Shown here: one piece after another, positions 56,509 through 64,000 of the stretch | How positions within the stretch are numbered: position 1 is the stretch's first letter | Layout: every line of letters starts with the position of its first letter | Source of the DNA: a virus | Taxonomy: Duplodnaviria; Caudoviricetes | IMG/VR virus record: IMGVR_UViG_3300021124_000001 | Length of the DNA: 64,000 nucleotides | Direction: 5' to 3' (one strand) | The notes under the pieces: model-generated | What the model was told of the DNA's origin: nothing | The model's database searches: none | The model's input: the letters and a program-made list of their open reading frames with translations, nothing else | Program-made: the position numbers and the translations under genes

Positions 56509-59500
56509 ATGATACAGAGCAATCAGAAAACATCGTTACTGGTTCCGTACCAACTCCCTGAGTTCATCCGGGATGATCCTAACTACGCAAATTTTGTTCT
56601 ATTCCTTCAAGCATACTATGAATGGATGGAACAAAATGGCAACACATTAGATGTTACAAAGAATTTATTGAACTATATGGATGTGGATACAACCACAGAA
56701 CAGTTCTTACATTATTTTGTTAACGATTTCATGTCGTATTTTCCACAGGATATACTGGCAGACAAAACAAAAGCAATCAAAATTGCAAAGCAGTTGTATC
56801 AAAACAAAGGTACGCCAGCATCTTATCAGTTTTTATTTCGTGTATTATACAACTCTGATGTAGACTTCTTTTATACCAAAGATGTTGTTCTTAAAGCGTC
56901 AGCAGGTAAGTGGTATGTACCTAAAAGTCTAAAACTTGCTACGGATGATCCAAACTTCTTAATAATAAACAATTTAAGACTGTTTGGTAACTTATCAAAG
57001 TCTATTGCAACAGTTGAAAATGCAATTTTTGATGGTCTTAAAACAGAAGTTTTTATCTCCAATATTGAACGTTTGTTTCAATCGGGTGAAACTGTTACGG
57101 TGGTTGATAACAGAAACCAACCGGTTTACTTTTTGAATGGTCAAATTGTACCCAAAGGTACATTAAATGCAGAAACTCTTACTGCACTTATTGTTGGACA
57201 GATCAGTCAAATCAATATTGATCCAAACAATAGAGGTTTAACCTATCAAACCAACGATCCAGTTGTTGTCTATGGAGGTTTAAATCCAAACGTTGCTTTT
57301 CCTATAGGTGCAACAGCAGAAGTTGGCACAGTTACATCAGGTTCGATTCAGCGTATTACAGTTGACACTGAAGGTTACGGGTATACACTTTCTCCATCCA
57401 ATACTCTTATTGGTGGAGCAAACACACAAATACTATTCACAAATTTGATTGGTGATTCACCACAGACACCGATTGCTACTGTAGGTGCATTGGATCCTAA
57501 TGGACAGGCCAATGTCAGTATGATTCCACTGGATAGTATCCAGTTAAAACAATATCATTATATCGGTAACATTGCCACAAGTTCTGGTGCAAACACTTAC
57601 AATTCAGCAACACACCTTTGGACTCAACAGAGCTACCAATTTGCAAACAACTTAAATGCAAACGCAAACACCACACTGGCTAATGCGTTTACGTTTGGTG
57701 GTTTTGCAACATATCCAATTTCATCAATTGTTGTACAAAATCAGGGTGGTGGTTTGAACCAACAACCTACTGTTCAAGCCATATCTGAATATACAACGGA
57801 CGCATATACACAGACAAATCTTGCAAACTTGGGTATTCTTGCACCAATCAAAATTGTGGATGGTGGCCGAAACTTTTCAAACGGTGATACAATTCTTCTG
57901 ATTGGCGGTTCAGGTTTTGGTGCTTACGCTAACGTCACAATGGTTAATGCGAATGGTACAATTCAAACAGTAGCATACAAAGCAGACCCATCAGGAAATT
58001 ATCCAATTGGTGGCCTTGGTTACATTAATGGTTTACCGACTGTAGCAGTCGCAAACCTTGCATCAGGTAACGTTACTACAACCAACACAAGTACAAAAGT
58101 TACAGGCACCGGAACAGATTTTGTAACACAAGTTAAAGCTGGTTCTTACCTGGTTTCAAACTCAAATGTGATTATTGGTCTAGTTAGTTCTGTTGCAAAC
58201 TCAAATACATTATACCTAACATCTAACGCTTCTACAAATTTCACCAATAGAAATTTCTACAAAGCAAACACATCGATGTATGTTCCTGGTTATCTGGGGA
58301 CTGGAGCAACATTCACTCAAGTTTCAAACCGAGTTGGTTCTATCACAACAATTAACGTGGTAGATAACGGCGAAGACTATATTGCCGCACCTAATGTATC
58401 ATTGGTAGTACAGGACTTAATTGTTTCCAACGTCAACCTTACATTGTTGCCTGCGGCTGGAGATAAAATCTATCAGGGTGCAAACATTAACGTTGCATCA
58501 TATATTGCAACTGTCGATTCGTTGTTTGTATTACAACCTAATGCAAATCCTGCAAACACAATCTATCAGATGCGTGTGTTCAACTATAACTCAATACCTA
58601 AGCAGAATACAGCAGGTATTATTGTTCCTTTGAAGATTGATTCTAAGAATGCTTCAATGAATTTGGTTAGCGGTTACACAACAATACACAACACTACATT
58701 CGATAACTCAGCAAACAATAGCCGTTTTGATTCGGCTAATGGTGTTATCACGTATGGTGATGGCCACGCAAAAGCAAACTCCAAATTCTTAGATGGTCTT
58801 GTGATTGGACAAGGACAATATTTAGATTCATCTGGCCAACCAAGCTCTTATGATGTTCTACAAAGTAAGATTTACAACAATTTCACATATCAACTGACAT
58901 TATCCAAAGAAATTGAAAAGTATCGTGATGTATTGTTGAACTTGCTACATCCAACAGGTATGCAAGTTCTTGGTAGAATTGCAATGGAGTCTAACAATGC
59001 TATGAACTTCTATACGGAAGATGCGTTGTTTAGTGGTGAACCTGTTTCATACTACACAAATTCAGGTATAACAGCACAGATTACAGCAGGTACATTTGCA
59101 AGTCCAAGTAACAACATTATCAGTTTCACAAACTTATTAGGTGCAAACCTAGCAAACATCTTTGTTGCAAACAGTTCAACTATAAGTTTCACATATGGTA
59201 GCGGATTTACTGACGTCATTAGTTCTTTGGTTACAGCAGTTGATGGTAACAACGTTACAGTTCAAGACAACGTTTGGACTTATTTTGCAAACGTTGCTAC
59301 AGGTTATGCTCAGGCAGGCAACAATTATGTCATAAATATATCAACATTGACTGGAAATTATGACATTGTTAATAACGGCGACTATAGCAATACAGATTTG
59401 AAGATTGCTGATGTTATTCGTGTTGGAGATACACTTTACGTTAATGGAAGTTCTCAGACAGTAACTTCCATAGCGGCATCATCAAACGTTGCAGAGAGTG

Positions 59501-59688
59501 TTGTCGTATTGAGCGGCCCATTAACAAGCGGCGCAAACGGTTTAATTTCAATTGGAAGAACTTTCACTTCATTATATGACAACATTCAGATTTTTGGTCC
59601 AGTCGGAACACAATATTATTTGGAATTGACAACAGAAAATGGACAAGTATTAATAACAGAAGACGGAAACACCCTTCTAATAGGATAA
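56509..59688 (+). CDS. gp7: Large baseplate wedge protein (gp7-like)
   Basis: FLQAYYEW, KGTPASYQFLFRVLY and HPTGM motifs; follows gp6. Confidence 0.75.
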   Translation: MIQSNQKTSLLVPYQLPEFIRDDPNYANFVLFLQAYYEWMEQNGNTLDVTKNLLNYMDVDTTTEQFLHYFVNDFMSYFPQDILADKTKAIKIAKQLYQNKGTPASYQFLFRVLYNSDVDFFYTKDVVLKASAGKWYVPKSLKLATDDPNFLIINNLRLFGNLSKSIATVENAIFDGLKTEVFISNIERLFQSGETVTVVDNRNQPVYFLNGQIVPKGTLNAETLTALIVGQISQINIDPNNRGLTYQTNDPVVVYGGLNPNVAFPIGATAEVGTVTSGSIQRITVDTEGYGYTLSPSNTLIGGANTQILFTNLIGDSPQTPIATVGALDPNGQANVSMIPLDSIQLKQYHYIGNIATSSGANTYNSATHLWTQQSYQFANNLNANANTTLANAFTFGGFATYPISSIVVQNQGGGLNQQPTVQAISEYTTDAYTQTNLANLGILAPIKIVDGGRNFSNGDTILLIGGSGFGAYANVTMVNANGTIQTVAYKADPSGNYPIGGLGYINGLPTVAVANLASGNVTTTNTSTKVTGTGTDFVTQVKAGSYLVSNSNVIIGLVSSVANSNTLYLTSNASTNFTNRNFYKANTSMYVPGYLGTGATFTQVSNRVGSITTINVVDNGEDYIAAPNVSLVVQDLIVSNVNLTLLPAAGDKIYQGANINVASYIATVDSLFVLQPNANPANTIYQMRVFNYNSIPKQNTAGIIVPLKIDSKNASMNLVSGYTTIHNTTFDNSANNSRFDSANGVITYGDGHAKANSKFLDGLVIGQGQYLDSSGQPSSYDVLQSKIYNNFTYQLTLSKEIEKYRDVLLNLLHPTGMQVLGRIAMESNNAMNFYTEDALFSGEPVSYYTNSGITAQITAGTFASPSNNIISFTNLLGANLANIFVANSSTISFTYGSGFTDVISSLVTAVDGNNVTVQDNVWTYFANVATGYAQAGNNYVINISTLTGNYDIVNNGDYSNTDLKIADVIRVGDTLYVNGSSQTVTSIAASSNVAESVVVLSGPLTSGANGLISIGRTFTSLYDNIQIFGPVGTQYYLELTTENGQVLITEDGNTLLIG

Positions 59689-59691
59689 AAA

Positions 59692-61383
59692 ATGTCACAA
59701 ATAAAGATTTCGCAACTTCCAATCATTTCAACAATTAACTCAAACACCGCAAATACTTTATTTGCTGGTGTGGATGTTCCTTCAGGAGTTACCGGTCAAT
59801 TTACTGCACATACATTGGCACAAGGATTGTTTTCAAATGAAGTGTTGAATGTTGGAACAAATCCAGTATTGTTACAAAATACTGTTGCACAATTCTCCAA
59901 CAGCAATCCAAATTTTATTCAGATTAATGTGCAGAACTTCAATCCGAACGGTGCATCAGATATGGTGTTGACAGCCGACAACGGAACTGACAGTGGTGGT
60001 TATATTGATCTTGGCATAAACAATTCTATTTGGAATCCAGTACCATTAGGCCAAACATCACAATTCCCATACGATGGTTATCTGATTGTAGATGGACCAG
60101 GCACTGGACCAACAGGTAATTTAGTATTAGGTACTGCAAATCCAGGAACAAACGTTGTGTTTGCGGTTGGTGGCCAATATTCAAACAACATTTCAGCCAA
60201 GATTACTGCAAATGGATTGTCATTAAACACACAATCATATATTGTTTTTGGTGATAACACAACACAGGCCACTGCGGCCGCTCCATTAGCTTATTCACAG
60301 GCTGCATTTGCATCTGCTAACACGAATGCAAACAACATTGCGACACAAGCACAGGTTGACCTAACACAAAACACCAGCATCCAAGCGGCATTTAACAAAG
60401 CAAACAATGCACTTGCAAACACAACAGGTACTTTTGCTGGTGATTTGACTGTCACAGGTAACGTTATCGCTTCAGGAATTCAATCAACTACCGGTGCAAT
60501 AACTACAGGCAACCTGATTGTTAATGGAACAACCACAGCAAACGGCACTGCCAACATTACAGGTACATTGAACGTTGCTGGTATCGTTAACATGAACGCT
60601 CAGGTTGTATTGACTAACACCAGTTTCTCCGCAACACAAGCGGCACTTACAATTACAGCAACACCAAACGTAGCAGTACCATCACAAGATGGTTACATGA
60701 TCCATATTTCGGGTAAGCAAAACGTTTCTTCTCGTATTGTTACTGATTCGTATGGTGCAAACACTTATGTTGTATATGCTGGACGTTCTGCTAGAGGTAA
60801 TGTTGCTTATCCATCTGCGGTTCAAACTGGTGACGTTTTAGCAAGATTTTCAGGTAACGGTTACGGAACAACAGGCTTTGCACCCTTAGGTGTAGGTCGT
60901 ATTGATGTTGTTGCTATTGAAAATTACACAGATTCTGCTAGAGGCTCTCAGATTCAATTTTTCAATATGATTGCCGGCACAAATACATTGAACCAGATTG
61001 CAACATTTAATGCAACAGATGTGGCATTTACCGGTGAAGTTAATCCGCAAAAAGGATTTGTGTTGACACCAAACGTATTGTCTAGTATCACAACTTCTTT
61101 GGCAATTGATATTGCAAATAACTCAGTATATTATTTTAAAACTAATGCAACAACAACAATTTCATTATCTGGATTTAAAGCAGGTAAAATTGTTGAAGTT
61201 TGGATAACAAACACAGATACCGGCGGCGGTTCAAATCACACAATCACACACGGTTGTTTAGCTAATAATTCAACTATTGGTGCTACATCATTTACACTGA
61301 CATCACTACATTCTGCGTACATTAAGTATTTCAGTATCGATGGTGACCAAGCAAATACATACTGTCAAGTGTCCTACAGCTAA
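59692..61383 (+). CDS. Baseplate-associated fibre-like structural protein
   Basis: KISQLP start; Thr/Asn/Gly-rich beta repeats. Confidence 0.65.
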   Translation: MSQIKISQLPIISTINSNTANTLFAGVDVPSGVTGQFTAHTLAQGLFSNEVLNVGTNPVLLQNTVAQFSNSNPNFIQINVQNFNPNGASDMVLTADNGTDSGGYIDLGINNSIWNPVPLGQTSQFPYDGYLIVDGPGTGPTGNLVLGTANPGTNVVFAVGGQYSNNISAKITANGLSLNTQSYIVFGDNTTQATAAAPLAYSQAAFASANTNANNIATQAQVDLTQNTSIQAAFNKANNALANTTGTFAGDLTVTGNVIASGIQSTTGAITTGNLIVNGTTTANGTANITGTLNVAGIVNMNAQVVLTNTSFSATQAALTITATPNVAVPSQDGYMIHISGKQNVSSRIVTDSYGANTYVVYAGRSARGNVAYPSAVQTGDVLARFSGNGYGTTGFAPLGVGRIDVVAIENYTDSARGSQIQFFNMIAGTNTLNQIATFNATDVAFTGEVNPQKGFVLTPNVLSSITTSLAIDIANNSVYYFKTNATTTISLSGFKAGKIVEVWITNTDTGGGSNHTITHGCLANNSTIGATSFTLTSLHSAYIKYFSIDGDQANTYCQVSYS

Positions 61384-61393
61384 TAAATAAATC

Positions 61394-62812
61394 ATGGCAT
61401 ACAATCTAAACAAACTCACTTCATACGCAAAAGTTTCTCAAGTTGAACTTGAGTATTACCTTCCTTCTGCAACAGTGCAAGGAAGTTCTATTGGTTCAAT
61501 TTATGCGTTTTTGGGTCAAGAAGATTCTTGGCCAGTCATTAATGGTGTAGAAACACCCTCACAACCAACAGATGACCAAGCATATTTGAAGAAAGTTTTC
61601 AAAAATATGTTTGCTGCCAAGTTGATTAACTCAAGCAATTTGAGTCCTGTTATTCAACGTATCAATTGGGCCAATAATACAAACTATTTTGCGTATGCAG
61701 ATAATGTCGGTGTACAAGCAAAAGATGCCAACGGCTTCTTAGTGAATAACTTCTACGTTAAGAATCGTTTTGACCAAGTCTTCAAATGTTTGGCAAATAA
61801 CAATGGTGGCTTATCCACTTCAGAACCATTCTTTCAGCCAGGTTCTTATGGCACAAACAACATTTATCAGGGCACAGACCTTTATAAGTGGAAATACATG
61901 TATACTATCGATGCAGGCTTGAAAAATCGATTCATGGACTCTACTTGGATGCCTGTTCCCGTTGGTGCAAACACTCCACAACCATACTTAACAAATGCTG
62001 GTTGGGGTGACATTGAAGCCATTAACGTGACAAACGGAGGATCGGGTTACGATGCTCTCAACCAATTTATAACTGTTACTGTAACAGGTGACGGTCAAGG
62101 TGCAACCGGGTCTATCACATCATCACAAATTGTTGGTGGTGTAATTAAAGACATTGTGGTGACTAATGCTGGAAACAATTACACATACGCTAACGTAGTG
62201 GTAAATGCATATACATCTTCAAACATGAAGTTTCTTGCAACCAATACTACACCAGTAACCGCAATTGCACCCACATCACCAGTTGGTGGCCATGCATATG
62301 ATCCAATTTCTGAATTGGGTTGTTCAAATATCATGTTTGCTGTGGAATTTAATGGTACAGAAAATGGAGTTATTCCAACCGCAGGTGTAACTTATAGACA
62401 AGTTGGTTTACTCATTAATCCACAAGTAGTTGGTACAACAGGAGCAATCCCAGCGACTGGTTCTATCTACAATCTTGCAACACAGTTCTTACTTTCTGCT
62501 GGTGCAGGCAACATTTATGTTTCTGATGAGATAGTAAAACAAATAGACAACAATGGAAATTTGTTGTTTTCTGGTACAGTTTTGAGTTTCAATAGCTCAT
62601 CCAATCTATTACAAGTCATAAATACATATGGCACACCGGTTATAGGTCAATCTGTTATTGGACAAACGTCCGGAGCATCAAGAGTTTTGTTTTCAGAATC
62701 AACACCTACAATGATACCTTTCTCCGGGCTAATCACATACATAGAAAACAGAGTTGGAGTTTCCCGTAGCGATGACGGAATCGAACAATTCAAGTTTATT
62801 TTAGGATACTAA
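61394..62812 (+). CDS. gp8: Baseplate wedge gp8
   Basis: FYV...VFKCL.N, WKYMYTI, GHA.DP..EL, YRQVGL and YIENR motifs. Confidence 0.85.
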   Translation: MAYNLNKLTSYAKVSQVELEYYLPSATVQGSSIGSIYAFLGQEDSWPVINGVETPSQPTDDQAYLKKVFKNMFAAKLINSSNLSPVIQRINWANNTNYFAYADNVGVQAKDANGFLVNNFYVKNRFDQVFKCLANNNGGLSTSEPFFQPGSYGTNNIYQGTDLYKWKYMYTIDAGLKNRFMDSTWMPVPVGANTPQPYLTNAGWGDIEAINVTNGGSGYDALNQFITVTVTGDGQGATGSITSSQIVGGVIKDIVVTNAGNNYTYANVVVNAYTSSNMKFLATNTTPVTAIAPTSPVGGHAYDPISELGCSNIMFAVEFNGTENGVIPTAGVTYRQVGLLINPQVVGTTGAIPATGSIYNLATQFLLSAGAGNIYVSDEIVKQIDNNGNLLFSGTVLSFNSSSNLLQVINTYGTPVIGQSVIGQTSGASRVLFSESTPTMIPFSGLITYIENRVGVSRSDDGIEQFKFILGY

Positions 62813-62821
62813 AGGAATAAA

Positions 62822-64000
62822 ATGTCTCTAAATTTTAACGTTGGTCCATACTACGATGACTTTGACCCAACAAAAAACTTCCACCGTATACTATTTAAAC
62901 CGGGGTTTGCTGTACAGGCTCGTGAATTAACTCAATCACAAACGATTTTACAGAACCAAGTTTCTAGTTTTGCATCCTCAATTTTCTCACAAAACACACC
63001 AGTAGCTGGTGGTCAAGTTACAACCAACTTAAACTGCTATTACTTAAAGTTAAATCCAACAAATCCTAGCGGAGGCACAGTTACGGCCGCCGACTTTGCA
63101 AATCAAATCATTCAAGACACTTCTGGAGTAGTTCTTGCAAAAGTTATCGCAACTGTCGAAACAACCACAGTCGGTACAGTTGTTGGTGATCCACCAACTT
63201 TGGTTGTTAGCTACTTGTCTGGTGCACAATTCACTGATGGAATGACAATTGCAACCACAACATTGCAAACCACGATTTACGCAACAATTGCAACTTCATC
63301 ACTATCAACAGGAAGTTCAACCGGTCTATCTTCTACCGCATCGGTTGCAAACGGAACATTCTACATTGTAAATGGTTATTCTGTTTCAGAAACAAACGGT
63401 CAAACATATAGTATTGGTAACTTTGTTGATGTTTCTCCACAAACTATTGTGTTGGACAAATACGATAATACACCTTCTTTTCGAGTTGGTCTACAAATCA
63501 ACGAAACAATTTATGACTATGTAAACGATACATCGTTATTGGATCCAGCTATTGGTGCTTCAAACTACCAGGCTCCAGGTGCAGATCGTTATGTTATCAC
63601 ACTAACACTAACATCATTACCATTGACACCAGGTAACGATGATGGCTTCATTGAATTGTTACGTATTGAAAACGGTAGCATCGTAAAGCAGGTTGATGGA
63701 ACAGTTTACTCCACTATCGATGAATACTTTGCAAAACGTGATTATGAAACCAATGGTGATTATATCGTTGAGGGCTTTGCACTAACTCCTTCTGCTAACT
63801 CTTTGGGTATTTCATCAAAGTATGACATGAAGGTAAGTAAAGGTGTGGCCTATGTTCATGGCTACAGAGTGGAAAACCAATCTCAGGTCATTCTAACAAA
63901 TGACAGAGCGCAGTCTACAGCAAACATCAATAACAATGCGGTGTTTGTGGATTATGGAAATTACTTCATTGTAGATACTGCTAACGGCGTATTTGATATT
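62822..64000 (+). CDS. VrlC-like (DUF4815) large structural protein, 3' partial
   Basis: MSLNFNVGPYYDDFDP.KNFHRILFKPG.AVQARELTQ.Q; APGADR; runs off the window. Confidence 0.85.
   Translation, partial: MSLNFNVGPYYDDFDPTKNFHRILFKPGFAVQARELTQSQTILQNQVSSFASSIFSQNTPVAGGQVTTNLNCYYLKLNPTNPSGGTVTAADFANQIIQDTSGVVLAKVIATVETTTVGTVVGDPPTLVVSYLSGAQFTDGMTIATTTLQTTIYATIATSSLSTGSSTGLSSTASVANGTFYIVNGYSVSETNGQTYSIGNFVDVSPQTIVLDKYDNTPSFRVGLQINETIYDYVNDTSLLDPAIGASNYQAPGADRYVITLTLTSLPLTPGNDDGFIELLRIENGSIVKQVDGTVYSTIDEYFAKRDYETNGDYIVEGFALTPSANSLGISSKYDMKVSKGVAYVHGYRVENQSQVILTNDRAQSTANINNNAVFVDYGNYFIVDTANGVFDI

Noticed and set aside
6596-63268. Numerous opposite-strand or alternate-frame ORFs in the track (e.g. 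6596..7069, 8514..9032, 28866..29333, 38202..38663, 43157..43558)
   Set aside because: Shadow ORFs overlapping better-supported genes, without RBS or recognisable motifs
1-64000. Stop-codon reassignment
   Set aside because: Core genes are full length under the standard code with high coding density; TAG is rare but not seen interrupting conserved genes

Overview
A 64-kb segment of an AT-rich T4-like myovirus genome, standard genetic code, probably infecting a (beta)proteobacterium judging from the tmRNA tag peptide. About 1-25 kb is a hypervariable early region of small ORFs driven by sigma70-type promoters that diverge from an 88-bp palindrome at about 3277. About 25-42 kb holds auxiliary and replication genes: homospermidine synthase, phoH, a late oxygenase/acetyltransferase cluster, exonuclease, a circularly permuted tmRNA, an outer-membrane beta-barrel, SleB hydrolase, gp33, gp59 and gp32. 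About 42-64 kb is the tail/baseplate module: two tape-measure-like paralogs, gp51, 26, 54, 2, 4, 48, 53, hub, 5, 25, 6, 7, 8 and a VrlC-like gene. The strongest candidates for undescribed systems are (1) a six-copy covarying two-hairpin leader, fused to a late promoter, that heads scattered homing-endonuclease-like genes, three of which have a shared unknown N-terminal module instead of a nuclease, and (2) an 11-member family of small proteins with DNA-identical framework blocks around two hypervariable segments, chained to unrelated genes by a recurrent 21-bp stop/RBS/start junction. Also seen: a type I hammerhead ribozyme, a likely -1 frameshift joining gp26 to gp51, and a class of 16-bp-spacer promoters with a fixed-position TGTTG-N8-CAACA operator. 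All calls are by eye; no searches or folding programs were run.
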